Below are positions 19,927 through 30,193 of a stretch of DNA of 64,000 bases, one piece after another (the first letter of the stretch is position 1; every line of letters starts with the position of its first letter). The position numbers were made by a program, and so were the translations under genes. Origin of the DNA: an uncultured Rickettsiaceae bacterium (GTDB taxonomy: Bacteria; Pseudomonadota; Alphaproteobacteria; Rickettsiales; Rickettsiaceae); contig CAYGNF010000002.1 in NCBI GenBank assembly GCA_964351245.1, positions 882 to 64,881 on the forward strand, read 5' to 3'. Under the pieces are notes generated by a model. The model was not told the DNA's origin and did not search any database. It worked only from the letters and a program-made list of their open reading frames with translations.

Positions 19927-20653
19927 AGTTTTTTATAATTTCTAAAAATTCTTCAATATCAAGAGATGCTTTTCCAATAAGCACACCAGAAAGATTTGGA
20001 ATAAGGCTGAGTGCCGTCACGTTCTCTTTATTGACTGACCCACCATATATTATTTTGGGGTTTTTTGCAACTCTGTAAATCATCTCCTCAATTAAACTAA
20101 TCGCTTCTTCTATTGCTTTATTAGAGGCGCTTACGCCAGAACCAATAGCCCAAAGGGGTTCGTAAGCAATCATAAACTCATTATTATTTAGTACTGAATC
20201 TTCGATCGAGAAAAAAGCCTCTTCTATTTGCGACTGCAGCTCAGAAGCCCACGCTCCTTGGCTCCTTGCCTCCATTTTTTCTCCTATACAAATAATAGGA
20301 GTAATACCAGCATGGATAGTGCATTCTATCTTTTTTGATATTAGATTATTCGGTTCAAGCCCCTGCTCTCTCCGCTCAGAATGGCCTATGATACAATAAT
20401 CTACACCCACATCTTTTAGTATTGCAGCGCTCAGATCGCCTGTGTAGGCACCGTACTTGAACTTATGAGGCGCAACATCTTGAGATGCAAGAAAGATCCC
20501 CCCCTCAGATAACTCCATCATCTCCTTAAGGTAAATATTTGGCGGAGCAATAATAATAGATTTGTTGTTTGCTTTATCAAGGAGCGTTTGGCAATACTCA
20601 GCAAAAAAGCAATTTGGAATATTCATCTTCCAGTTGGCAATTATATATTTCAT
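19919..20653 (-). CDS. tpiA: Triosephosphate isomerase
   Basis: ANWKMN, IIGHSERR and AYEPLWAIGSG motifs. Confidence 0.9.
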   Translation of the reverse strand: MKYIIANWKMNIPNCFFAEYCQTLLDKANNKSIIIAPPNIYLKEMMELSEGGIFLASQDVAPHKFKYGAYTGDLSAAILKDVGVDYCIIGHSERREQGLEPNNLISKKIECTIHAGITPIICIGEKMEARSQGAWASELQSQIEEAFFSIEDSVLNNNEFMIAYEPLWAIGSGVSASNKAIEEAISLIEEMIYRVAKNPKIIYGGSVNKENVTALSLIPNLSGVLIGKASLDIEEFLEIIKNYA

Positions 20654-20727
20654 ATATTACTTGAATATCTTGTTTATATCAGTATGATGTTACTGGTAAT
20701 TTACCTGACTTTTTAGAATCGAAAATC

Positions 20728-22206
20728 ATGTTTAGTAAGCTTAGACAATTGCAAAGCACCTTATTAGCAAAAATTTGCTTTGGGTTAATAGCATTAATTT
20801 TTCTAATGACTAGTGTCACTGAATTAATCAGGCCTACTGGCGATTTCAATATAGTCAGTTTCAGAAAATTAAACAACATAAAATTAATTGACCTTAAAAG
20901 ATCTGAGGCTTATATGCTAAGTCAACTAGATGGCACTTTAGCAAAAGGTGAAGTTATAGATGACCAAACAAAAGAGCAGGTGCAAGCATATGCACTTTCC
21001 ATTCTGATTAAGAAAAGAATGTATGAAGCATGGACCAATGATTTTGAGATCTCCATAAACGATAAACTCACCGCAGATTTTCTTAAGACATGGAGTATTT
21101 TTCATGATGAAAATAAAAAATTTGATATTAATATTTATAAAAACTTTATAGCGCAGCTTCCATTCTCAAAGCAGTCATTTTATAAAGATGTCAAGACCGA
21201 TATAGCAAAAAATCTTTTAGAAGGCTTGGTTGGATCAACCATCAGATTACCTGCTTTGTACCAAAATATTATAGCAGAGCAAGAGGCAACTTATAAGAAT
21301 GCTGACATTATTCACATTAAGCTAGGCGCTCAAAATAATGCACCAATACCAGGGGTGAATGATACAGAACTTGAGAGTTTCTATCAGAATCATTCGTCTC
21401 AATTCAAGACTCCAGAAACAAGAGCCGTAACATTTATTCTAATTCCTTATAGTAAGTTCCTTTCCTCTCAAACTGATGAAGGCCTAAAGATGAAAGAGGT
21501 GACCAAAGAGTTAAGAGCGATAGAGGATTTAGTTGCTGGTGGGGCGAGTATTATAGAAATAGCAAAAAAATACTCTCTTGAAACACGAAATTTGGCGGGA
21601 TCAAAAGATAGGTTCGCTAAAAATCCCAATCTAAGCAAATCTGTCGAACAAATATTTAGTATGGATCTTAAGGAAGTATCCTATCCTCAAGAAATGCAGG
21701 AAAGTAAGAGCATTCTATTGTTTGAGGTAGCATCTGTAGAACAAAGCAAGACTCCTGATTTAGTTGATATCAAAAAAGAAGTATTAAGAGCCTATTCTAT
21801 AAACTACTACAAAGAGATCAATAAGAATTTATTCATAGAATTTGCGCAAAAAGCAAAGAATCAAAATTTGGCAAAACTTGCAAAAGAGAGTGGATACGAG
21901 GTAAAAAATATTACAGTCCCTTGTAGAGAAATAGCAAATGAGAATAAGAGCTATATAGAGCAACTCATCTCTAAATCGCACATACAAGAAGTTTCAGAGC
22001 CAATTTTTTTAGGAGATGATGATGCATATATTTATAAGATCAACAATACACATTTAGATAAAGCACTACTTCATAAAATACAACCTAAGGCAATTAGTGC
22101 TGCTACAGATGATCTGAAAAATTTATTTACAGAAGAAATAATAAAATATTATTACTCTATGAATGAGCCTACTATTAATTATCAAATGCTTAAGGTGGAT
22201 TTTTAG
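20728..22206 (+). CDS. Periplasmic chaperone, PpiD/SurA-N-domain-like
   Basis: N-terminal TM anchor (ICFGLIALIFLMTSV), a long helical domain, and a degenerate parvulin-like middle region. Size and position fit PpiD-like proteins. Confidence 0.55.
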   Translation: MFSKLRQLQSTLLAKICFGLIALIFLMTSVTELIRPTGDFNIVSFRKLNNIKLIDLKRSEAYMLSQLDGTLAKGEVIDDQTKEQVQAYALSILIKKRMYEAWTNDFEISINDKLTADFLKTWSIFHDENKKFDINIYKNFIAQLPFSKQSFYKDVKTDIAKNLLEGLVGSTIRLPALYQNIIAEQEATYKNADIIHIKLGAQNNAPIPGVNDTELESFYQNHSSQFKTPETRAVTFILIPYSKFLSSQTDEGLKMKEVTKELRAIEDLVAGGASIIEIAKKYSLETRNLAGSKDRFAKNPNLSKSVEQIFSMDLKEVSYPQEMQESKSILLFEVASVEQSKTPDLVDIKKEVLRAYSINYYKEINKNLFIEFAQKAKNQNLAKLAKESGYEVKNITVPCREIANENKSYIEQLISKSHIQEVSEPIFLGDDDAYIYKINNTHLDKALLHKIQPKAISAATDDLKNLFTEEIIKYYYSMNEPTINYQMLKVDF

Positions 22207-22207
22207 T

Positions 22208-22843
22208 ATGCCAAAATGGCATGTTATTGAAGATACTAGCGAATATGATGCGGTAGTAAAATACATGGAGTCCTTAGTTGAAAGTGTAATAAATCAGAGT
22301 TGTGATGATACTATAATTCTTACAGAGCATTATGATGTTATCACCGTAGGTACAGGCACTCAGGACTCAGAATTACCAGACAATGTAGCGATCATTAGAT
22401 CGGGCCGCGGAGGAAAAATCACATTTCACGGCATAGGGCAAAGAGTCATATACCCCATCTTGGATTTGAGAGCTCCTCCCTGGAACAAAGACATCAAAAA
22501 ATATATCAACTTTCTACATTCTTGGATAATATCCACGTTAGATGAGCTTGACATAAAATCTTATACAAGAAATGATCATCGAGGTGTGTGGACTTATCGC
22601 AATCGTACCAATTCTGATGCAAAAATAGCTGCCATTGGAGTGAGAGCCAAAAAATGGGTTGCGTATCATGGTGTCGCTGTTAATCTTTATACAGACCTTG
22701 ATGCTTATAAAAACTTTATTCCTTGCGGGATTCATGATCTTGGTGTAACGTCAGCAAAAGAATGTGGCAAAATAATTGAATTTAAGATGTTTGATACAAT
22801 ACTTAAAAAGAATTATTATACAGAAAAAGCAAAAATTCAATGA
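22208..22843 (+). CDS. lipB: Octanoyltransferase LipB
   Basis: RGGKITFHGIGQRVIYPILDL and IAAIGVRAKKWVAYHGVAVNL motifs. The ATG at 22208 follows the upstream stop. Confidence 0.9.
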   Translation: MPKWHVIEDTSEYDAVVKYMESLVESVINQSCDDTIILTEHYDVITVGTGTQDSELPDNVAIIRSGRGGKITFHGIGQRVIYPILDLRAPPWNKDIKKYINFLHSWIISTLDELDIKSYTRNDHRGVWTYRNRTNSDAKIAAIGVRAKKWVAYHGVAVNLYTDLDAYKNFIPCGIHDLGVTSAKECGKIIEFKMFDTILKKNYYTEKAKIQ

Positions 22844-23175
22844 TAAAAGAATCTGGCGTTATTATTAAAACATCTACTAATGACTATAATGTAGCAATCA
22901 ATATAGCTTCTGGTCTACTGAATCTAAAAAAAGCTGCCTGCGTACAAATAGAGGCAGTAGATAGTTTTTACATTTGGCAGGGTAAGGTTACTTCGGATAA
23001 AGAATACGTACTTAATGTGAAATCATTGCGCTCTAAAGCATCCGAGATTATTCAATATATAAAAGCCAGACATAATTACTCTTTACCGGAAGTGATACAG
23101 ATTAATATAGATGATTGTAGTGCAGAATATCTATCATGGCTCATTCAAGAAACAAGAATCCAAATAGCAAATTAA
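22840..23175 (+). CDS. cutA: Divalent-cation tolerance protein CutA
   Basis: 111 aa. AACVQI...S.Y.WQGKV...E pattern of CutA1. ATGA overlap with lipB. Confidence 0.75.
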   Translation: MIKESGVIIKTSTNDYNVAINIASGLLNLKKAACVQIEAVDSFYIWQGKVTSDKEYVLNVKSLRSKASEIIQYIKARHNYSLPEVIQINIDDCSAEYLSWLIQETRIQIAN

Positions 23176-23176
23176 G

Positions 23177-23419
23177 ATGAGCCTTACAAGAATAATAGCC
23201 AAATCTATAAAAAAAGAAGATAGTACGTACTTTTTTGAAAATTATACAAATCAAGCAAAAGCTGTAATACAAGCATTACACGAACATGGGTATACTATAG
23301 TCTTAGAGGAGCCAAATGATAATATGATAAAAGCGGGAGTCCTAGCTATAAAGCTTGGTGATGTAGACGCAAGAAAGTTAGCCAAGGATATATATCATAA
23401 AATGACAAGAGTAAAGTAA
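23177..23419 (+). CDS. Hypothetical 80-aa protein
   Basis: ORF packed exactly between the cutA stop (23175) and the dnaB start (23420). No recognisable motif. Confidence 0.4.
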   Translation: MSLTRIIAKSIKKEDSTYFFENYTNQAKAVIQALHEHGYTIVLEEPNDNMIKAGVLAIKLGDVDARKLAKDIYHKMTRVK

Positions 23420-24877
23420 ATGAGCAAAGCAGCATTGACCAAAAGAACCGAACAGAACGATCAAGATGGATTACTGCGAATTCCTCAATTCAATATAGAA
23501 TCAGAGCAGCTACTCATAGGTAGTATATTACTGAATAATGAAAGATTAAATCAAGTGGGTGATTTTTTAAAACCAGAACATTTTTATGAATCTCTTCATG
23601 GCAAGATTTATGAAACATGCTCATCTTTGATGGATAAAGGCATGAGCGCGACTCTGACTTCAGTAGATGCAATGCTTTGTCGTCTTGATGAGTATGTCGC
23701 AGTCTCTGGCAGGGAATATCTCTCAAGATTAATGTCTTTTTCTATTGCAATAATCAATCATGCAGAGCATGCACGCTTGGTATATGATCTTTTTTTGAAG
23801 AGAAATTTAATAACAATTGGGGAGCAAATAGTCAATGATACATACTCATCTAATATAGACACGATATCTCATAAACTTATTGAAAATGCAGAAGCTAGTT
23901 TATTCAGCCTTGCCACTCAGGGAATAACTGAAAAAGGCTTTGAAAATCTATCTGCCTCAATAAAACAATCTATGTACACGATTAACAGAACTATGAAGCT
24001 GCCTAATCATATCACGGGTACTACTACTGGCTTTATAGATTTAGATGCAAAACTATTTGGATTACATGATTCGGATTTAATAGTATTAGCTGGCAGGCCT
24101 TCTATGGGAAAAACCGCTATAGCGCTTAATCTTGCAATCAACGCTGCTATGCATTACCATACAGAAAAAGACCCTAGTCAAAGAAAATCTGTTGGATTTT
24201 TCTCTCTGGAAATGTCCTCGGAACAATTATCTACAAGAACTCTAGCTATACATTCGGGCATTGATTCTACTAGCCTTAGATCTGGGAGAATTCAAGAATC
24301 AGATTACAATAAATTGCAAGAAACCGCGAGCATGCTATCAGATCTACCGCTCTTTATTGATGATGCTGGAATGCTTACAATTTCTGCAATAAGAACCAGA
24401 GCAAGAAGGCTAAAAAGAAAGCATAATCTCGGCGTTTTATTCATAGATTACTTGCAACTTGTCTCGGGTAGCCTCAAAAAAGAAAATAGGGTACAAGAAA
24501 TATCAGAAATCACAATGTCTTTAAAGGCACTAGCAAAGGAATTATCCATACCAATTATAGCACTTTCTCAGCTGTCACGAAATGTGGAAAATCGAGATGA
24601 TAAAAAACCTCTATTATCGGATTTGAGGGAATCAGGAGCAATAGAGCAAGATGCCGATATAGTATTATTTATATATCGCGAAGAATATTACCTATCCAGA
24701 AAAGAGCCAGAAGCAGGAACAGATAAGCACGCATCATGGCTTGACAAGCTCAACAAAGTCCATAATCAAGCAGAAATAATAATAGCAAAACATAGGAATG
24801 GCCCTATAGGACAAGTTATGTTGTACTACGACAGCAACCACTCGAAATTTGGCAATTTAGAAACCAGACATGCGTGA
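23420..24877 (+). CDS. dnaB: Replicative DNA helicase DnaB
   Basis: PQFNIESEQLLIGSIL N-terminus, Walker A GRPSMGKTA, FSLEMS, ALSQLSR, IIAKHRNGP. Confidence 0.95.
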   Translation: MSKAALTKRTEQNDQDGLLRIPQFNIESEQLLIGSILLNNERLNQVGDFLKPEHFYESLHGKIYETCSSLMDKGMSATLTSVDAMLCRLDEYVAVSGREYLSRLMSFSIAIINHAEHARLVYDLFLKRNLITIGEQIVNDTYSSNIDTISHKLIENAEASLFSLATQGITEKGFENLSASIKQSMYTINRTMKLPNHITGTTTGFIDLDAKLFGLHDSDLIVLAGRPSMGKTAIALNLAINAAMHYHTEKDPSQRKSVGFFSLEMSSEQLSTRTLAIHSGIDSTSLRSGRIQESDYNKLQETASMLSDLPLFIDDAGMLTISAIRTRARRLKRKHNLGVLFIDYLQLVSGSLKKENRVQEISEITMSLKALAKELSIPIIALSQLSRNVENRDDKKPLLSDLRESGAIEQDADIVLFIYREEYYLSRKEPEAGTDKHASWLDKLNKVHNQAEIIIAKHRNGPIGQVMLYYDSNHSKFGNLETRHA

Positions 24878-24970
24878 ATTGGGCAAAGTAAGTTATAATA
24901 GTTTACTTCACTATTCATAGTTATATAAATCTTGCAACAAATCAAAATATCTATATATTTCTTTTGGCGT

Positions 24971-25046
24971 GGGGTCATAGCTCAGTTGGTAGAGCGTTTG
25001 AATGGCATTCAAAAGGTCCGGGGTTCGATTCCCCGTGGCTCCACCA
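24971..25046 (+). tRNA. tRNA-Ala (anticodon GGC), CCA encoded
   Basis: Hand-folded cloverleaf. Acceptor GGGGTCA/TGGCTCC with the G3:U70 alanine identity pair. D arm GCTC/GAGC. Anticodon stem TTTGA/TCAAA with loop ATGGCAT. T arm CGGGG-TTCGATT-CCCCG. 3' ACCA. Confidence 0.9.
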
Positions 25047-25084
25047 TTTTACTTATATATTTCTAATTAGTAAATAAGATACTT

Positions 25085-25741
25085 ATGGACACAGATGTCA
25101 AAATCTCAGCATCTATTTTATCTGCAGATCTTGGAAATCTAGAGGCGGAAATAAAGAAAATCTGTGCATCACAGTGTGATTTTGTGCATATAGATGTTAT
25201 GGATGGGCATTTTGTGCCGAATTTGACATTCGGACCTCAAATAATCAAACAACTTAAGCCTTATTCAAAGCTAAAATTTGATGTACATATGATGGTGAGT
25301 AATCCTGAAAACTCGTATATGCAATATATAGAGGCCGGTGCCGATATTCTAACATTTCATATAGAGGCGTGCTCCAGGCCACTTGATCTTATTAAAGCAA
25401 TACAAAGTAATGGATGCGGTGCCGGTATATCTATCAAACCACAAACAAATATCAATGCATTATCTGAGATCATTAATAATATAGATTTAGTATTAATCAT
25501 GAGTGTTGAGCCCGGATTTAGTGGCCAAAAGTTTGATAACACTATATTAAATAAAATCTCTGATGTGGCAAATATGACCGCTACACACAAACATAAAATT
25601 ATATCAGTAGACGGAGGGATTAACCCCATTACATCTAAATTAGTAACCAGAGCAGGAGCAAATATGCTAGTTTCTGGAGAATTTTTATTCAGGGCGCAGA
25701 ATTTTCATCAAGCAGTGCTGGACTTAAAAACAAGCTCATGA
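25085..25741 (+). CDS. rpe: Ribulose-phosphate 3-epimerase
   Basis: HIDVMDGHFVPNLTFG, MSVEPGFSGQKF and VDGGI motifs. Confidence 0.95.
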   Translation: MDTDVKISASILSADLGNLEAEIKKICASQCDFVHIDVMDGHFVPNLTFGPQIIKQLKPYSKLKFDVHMMVSNPENSYMQYIEAGADILTFHIEACSRPLDLIKAIQSNGCGAGISIKPQTNINALSEIINNIDLVLIMSVEPGFSGQKFDNTILNKISDVANMTATHKHKIISVDGGINPITSKLVTRAGANMLVSGEFLFRAQNFHQAVLDLKTSS

Positions 25742-25849
25742 TAGACATATTATATGCTTGCGCGATAGGAGTTTGCAATAGGTGTTTTTTATAACATGCT
25801 ATTATATACATAGACTTTTTTCGCCTATTTTTGCTGCAACAATAACATA

Positions 25850-27193
25850 ATGGATATATTTATGGCTAAAATCGCGACATTACACGAAACAAAAGATATT
25901 GAATCAGTAGTTGAGCATTATCTAGATTATCCTTATCCGCTAAGAGATCCCGAAGATGACAAGCGCAGAATGCTTATTATTCACGGAGAAAGTTTGAACG
26001 AGCTAAATCATTACCTATATAAAGGCAAAGAAAATTTTAAGAATAAGTTTAGAATATTAGTTGCCGGAGGTGGAACCGGAGATTGCTCTACATATATGGC
26101 AGAGCAACTAAGAGATAAAAATGGAGAAGTTGTATATTTAGATTTTAGCAAAAACTCACTTGAAATCGCCAAACAAAGAGTAAAAAATAGAGGGCTAAAA
26201 AACGTTAAGTTTATTAATGATTCTATATTTAACATACCAAAATTAAAACTAGGAAAATTTGATTATATAAATTGCTCTGGGGTCTTACACCACTTATCTT
26301 CTCCGCAAGAAGGTCTGCAGATTTTACAAAAATCTCTTAAGCCCTCAGGAGGCATGTGTATTATGGTATATGCAAAATATGGCAGAACTGCAGTATATCA
26401 AATCCAAGATCTAATGCGCATGATCAATGATGGAGTAGTTTCTAGGGGTCAGGAAGTTGAGAATGCAAAAAAAATTCTATCGAAATTACCGGCTACAAAT
26501 TGGTATATGAGATCGCAAGACTTAATACAAGATGTTCAAAATTATGGAGATATTGGAATATACGATCTATTTTTACATAAACAAGATAGGTGTTACTCTA
26601 TACCTGAATTATATGAATTCGTAGAATCATCTGGTTTGCATTTAGTAGATTTTGCTGAAGTCAGACCAAGACTTACTCTTAAAATTGAGAATTATATACA
26701 AGATCCAGAATTGCTATCGCGCATCAAAAATACATCCTTAATGAATCAGCAAGCAATTGCCGAAATAATATCAGGGAGTGTAATCAAACATACTATTTAT
26801 GTATCTAATACTAAAAATTCTACTGCTTCATTTGATGATCTAGGCAACATTCCATTCTACAATGAAGTGATTGGAGTATCAGAGAAAATTTGTGAATATT
26901 TGGTTGCTAGTAATCATCCTATTGGTCAAACAATGAATTTTAACCTTAAAAAACAGTGGTTTCCTGAAGGATTAAGCATTTCAATACGTATTTCAAAATT
27001 TACCTATGCTCTTTTTAATAGCCTTGGAGCAGGAGGGAAAAAAACACTCAAAGAGATTATGGAAGATATACAAAATGCCTCTCCTGATTCCGCTCCAGAT
27101 GAAATTAAAATATATATTACTGATATACTGAAGATGTTAATTGATACAGGAATTGTGCTGATGCAGCATAAGAGCGTAGTTTTAAAGCAATAA
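25850..27193 (+). CDS. Class I SAM-dependent methyltransferase with a large C-terminal extension
   Basis: Motif I ILVAGGGTGDCS, post-I YLDFS, and NCSGVLHHL. N-terminal HYLDYPYP box. About 220 aa of additional C-terminal domain of unknown function. Confidence 0.75.
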   Translation: MDIFMAKIATLHETKDIESVVEHYLDYPYPLRDPEDDKRRMLIIHGESLNELNHYLYKGKENFKNKFRILVAGGGTGDCSTYMAEQLRDKNGEVVYLDFSKNSLEIAKQRVKNRGLKNVKFINDSIFNIPKLKLGKFDYINCSGVLHHLSSPQEGLQILQKSLKPSGGMCIMVYAKYGRTAVYQIQDLMRMINDGVVSRGQEVENAKKILSKLPATNWYMRSQDLIQDVQNYGDIGIYDLFLHKQDRCYSIPELYEFVESSGLHLVDFAEVRPRLTLKIENYIQDPELLSRIKNTSLMNQQAIAEIISGSVIKHTIYVSNTKNSTASFDDLGNIPFYNEVIGVSEKICEYLVASNHPIGQTMNFNLKKQWFPEGLSISIRISKFTYALFNSLGAGGKKTLKEIMEDIQNASPDSAPDEIKIYITDILKMLIDTGIVLMQHKSVVLKQ

Positions 27194-27227
27194 TTTATTC
27201 TGCATGATTACTTCAAGCTCTTTTATC

Positions 27228-28931
27228 TTATTTGAGCAGAGAAAGTAAGGACATCTCCTTGATTAAATATTCTTTGGCCCTCGGGCTTAAAAGAGGCATA
27301 ATCTCTTGCTTGATTCTCGAGTAGTAATTCTCTATATATAGTTTTTCCTCCTTACTTAACATATCGCATGCTACTAGATTTGCGCAATATGGCACCAAAG
27401 TAAGCTGCTCAAATTCAAGAAATCCCTTAAATCTTGATTGTTTCGTGTATTGAAGATTTTCTATCCTAATACCAAAGCTATCTTCTTCATAATATCCAGG
27501 CTCATTAGACATTATCATCCCTTGTTTGAGATCATATTTAAGATTGTGTAAACTAATTGCAACCGGGCCTTCATGGACAGATAAACAATTACCAACCCCA
27601 TGACCTGTCCCGTGACTATAATCAAAACCACTTTGCCACAAATATTGTCTTGCGAGAATATCTAGATGCCCCCCTTTAATGCCTTTATCTGGAAATTTAA
27701 TAGTTGCAAGCGCAATATGCCCCTTAAGTACACGTGTATATTGTAGTTTTTCATTTGTATCCGGATCCCCGATGACTATCGTTCTTGTGATATCTGTTGT
27801 TCCTCCAAGGTAATGCCCACCAGAATCTATCAATAATAATCCCCTGTCTTGCATACGGAGCGCTGATGACTTGCTTGCTTTATAGTGCATCTTTGCTGCA
27901 TTGGGGCCAAAGCCGACTATGGGCGCAAAGCTATTTTGTAGATATTTTGGTGACTGTGTTCTAAACTCGGTCATTTTCAGACCTAATTCATATTCAGTTT
28001 TATTATACCCTTCTTTATAGAACCATGCAAAAAACTCAATAACACATACTGCATCTAGTATATGGGCTTGTTTTGCCCCCTCTATTTCAGTATCATTCTT
28101 GATAGATCTCATGAACAGAATTGGATCCTCTGTTAATATTTGTAGATCTTGCGTAATGATGGATTGTATATGTATACTTGCATCTCTTGGCACTAATATT
28201 TTATGGGAAATATTTGCTAAAAATGAATCTAGCGATTCTAAATCTTGGACCTTTACTCCTTTTTCTAAAAAAACTTGGGTCTTTCTGTGCGAGGTGAATA
28301 ATATTATATCATTCATACTAAAATACAAATAGGACATAATAATGGGAGAAAATTCATTATCACTTCCTCTAACATTAAGAAGCCAGCAAATAGAATCTGA
28401 AGAGCATATTACCAATGCTTCTGCGCCTATTTTGCTTAAATAGTCTCTGACTTTTGATATCTTTACAACGGAATCTTCTCCAGAATAGTCCGCCCCATAA
28501 TCATAAGGGTCTGAATCTGGTAGTAGGGGTTTATTAGGCCATATTGTATCTACAATATCATCAAAAGGTACTAAAGGTAATGGCTTAAACAATTCTACAT
28601 CACCACTTGTGAATAATTTAGGGTTATATCCTATGCTATCTAGCTGCTTTAAATATAAAAAAGCATTATGTAAATTTTTAATATCATGAATCTCGGTTTC
28701 TTCAAAATGATCAGAGGCAGCTTTAGTGTATCTTGCATCTGTAATAAATAAGGTTTTATCGGTGGTAATAATAAGATATCCACGAGAGCAAACGAAGTTG
28801 GTAACATATTCAAGCCTCCTGAGAGCAGAAGGTGGATATTGATTTAAAAACTCATCTGAGGATGTAATAATATACCCATCAAGGTCATTTTGTTTAATTA
28901 TAGATCTTATAGATTGTATTTTAGATTTCAC
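27228..28931 (-). CDS. pepP: Xaa-Pro aminopeptidase (M24 family, aminopeptidase P)
   Basis: 567 aa. Metal ligands in IDSGGHY, HGTGHGVG, SNEPGYY and GIRIENL. Confidence 0.9.
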   Translation of the reverse strand: MKSKIQSIRSIIKQNDLDGYIITSSDEFLNQYPPSALRRLEYVTNFVCSRGYLIITTDKTLFITDARYTKAASDHFEETEIHDIKNLHNAFLYLKQLDSIGYNPKLFTSGDVELFKPLPLVPFDDIVDTIWPNKPLLPDSDPYDYGADYSGEDSVVKISKVRDYLSKIGAEALVICSSDSICWLLNVRGSDNEFSPIIMSYLYFSMNDIILFTSHRKTQVFLEKGVKVQDLESLDSFLANISHKILVPRDASIHIQSIITQDLQILTEDPILFMRSIKNDTEIEGAKQAHILDAVCVIEFFAWFYKEGYNKTEYELGLKMTEFRTQSPKYLQNSFAPIVGFGPNAAKMHYKASKSSALRMQDRGLLLIDSGGHYLGGTTDITRTIVIGDPDTNEKLQYTRVLKGHIALATIKFPDKGIKGGHLDILARQYLWQSGFDYSHGTGHGVGNCLSVHEGPVAISLHNLKYDLKQGMIMSNEPGYYEEDSFGIRIENLQYTKQSRFKGFLEFEQLTLVPYCANLVACDMLSKEEKLYIENYYSRIKQEIMPLLSPRAKEYLIKEMSLLSLLK

Positions 28932-29205
28932 TACATTTCTTATTTTGATAATAAATTAGAGCTTTAGAAGCGATAAAACTTAGAAGAGAATATGTAATAG
29001 CGATATCAATATAAGTTTTATAATAAGTCATTGAAGCAAGGCAGCTAATAAATAAAGAACAAATGGAGTTAATCTGACTGATAATTACAATTTTTTCATA
29101 AAAGCACTTACTCCATAGAATTAAAAAAGAGTAGAGCAAAATGATTATACTCAAAAAAATAAGGTAGTAAGTAATCATAATAGTTTCAATAACTCGCTTC
29201 AACAT
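28921..29205 (-). CDS. Hypothetical small membrane protein
   Basis: 94 aa with 3 predicted hydrophobic segments. Overlaps the pepP start by 11 bp. No motif, and it could be a spurious AT-rich ORF. Confidence 0.3.
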   Translation of the reverse strand: MLKRVIETIMITYYLIFLSIIILLYSFLILWSKCFYEKIVIISQINSICSLFISCLASMTYYKTYIDIAITYSLLSFIASKALIYYQNKKCSEI

Positions 29206-29272
29206 TCATTTATTGCCATATCTTGTATAATAATATGATATATTTGATATGCAACACTCTTTTGATCAGAGG

Positions 29273-29971
29273 TTATCTGATCTCAAAAGCAATGTTGGTA
29301 GATTTTTTATTTGTTAAATCAGCTATGATAGTTTCTCCTGCAACCATAGTCTGGCCTTCTGATATTTTGAGGATTGTATCTTTGGGCAAATAAAGATCTA
29401 CTCTAGAGCCAAATCTAATAATACCAAATCTATGTCCTGTAATCACTGATGTACCCTCTTCTAGATCGCACACAATTCTTTTTGCAATAATACCAGCGAT
29501 TTGGACTAAGGCTATTTTTTTACCTTTGTATGCCTCTATAAGAATAGATTGGCGCTCATTATGGATACTTGCTTTATCTAGAGAAGCATTAAAAAATCTC
29601 CCAGGATGGTAATGTAGCTTGGTAATTTTACCATCTGTAGGTATTCTATTGACATGAACATTCAAGAGATTGAGTACTATACTTACTCTAATCATTTCTT
29701 CATCTGGTAGGCCAGTTTCAGTGGGGGGTTTGATTGCTAGGATTGTCTGAATAATACCATCAGCTGGGCTTACTACAAGACCTTCAGATACTGGTATAAC
29801 CCTTTCTGGATTTCGAAAAAAATATACACACCATATTGTCGCAATAAAGCATATCCATGCTATAGATTGGTTGGCAGAAGTCATAAGAAAAGTTACTGCT
29901 GAGAATACAAATATAAAGATCTGACCATCTTTATATATTGCTTTAGTCCAATCTGGGTAATTTTTAAACAT
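29273..29971 (-). CDS. psd: Phosphatidylserine decarboxylase proenzyme
   Basis: [29 protein letters not shown], and the self-cleavage region [14 protein letters not shown] recognise it as close to Rickettsia Psd. The ATG at 29971 (MFKNYPDW) matches the Rickettsia N-terminus better than the GTG at 29995. Confidence 0.85.
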   Translation of the reverse strand: MFKNYPDWTKAIYKDGQIFIFVFSAVTFLMTSANQSIAWICFIATIWCVYFFRNPERVIPVSEGLVVSPADGIIQTILAIKPPTETGLPDEEMIRVSIVLNLLNVHVNRIPTDGKITKLHYHPGRFFNASLDKASIHNERQSILIEAYKGKKIALVQIAGIIAKRIVCDLEEGTSVITGHRFGIIRFGSRVDLYLPKDTILKISEGQTMVAGETIIADLTNKKSTNIAFEIR

Positions 29972-30193
29972 ACTAAAACCTAATATTAATTTCACACATC
30001 AAAAAATAATGCTATAATAAATAACTCATACCTAAGTGCATGAGTGCTTCCTGAAGCATTGAAGTTAAGGCTATACTAGTCTAATTTAAGCTTCTAAGCT
30101 ATTTATATAGTGCGTATTGATGATAGCGCTCTGGTTTGAAGACTAATTATGACTAAACAAATTACAAACTACAAAAAACTTAGATAAAACACA

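Noticed and set aside
19592-19945. 117-aa plus-strand ORF covering the same DNA as secG
   Set aside because: The minus-strand frame encodes the unmistakable SecG N-terminus (LLVIVILIQRTGADSLSGLSGGG) in the conserved tpiA-secG position. The plus-strand ORF is an antisense shadow with no motif.
24971-25046. tRNA-Ala as a possible integration hotspot marking a genomic island
   Set aside because: There is no integrase, no direct repeat of the tRNA 3' end, and no accessory genes on either side. dnaB lies upstream and rpe downstream.
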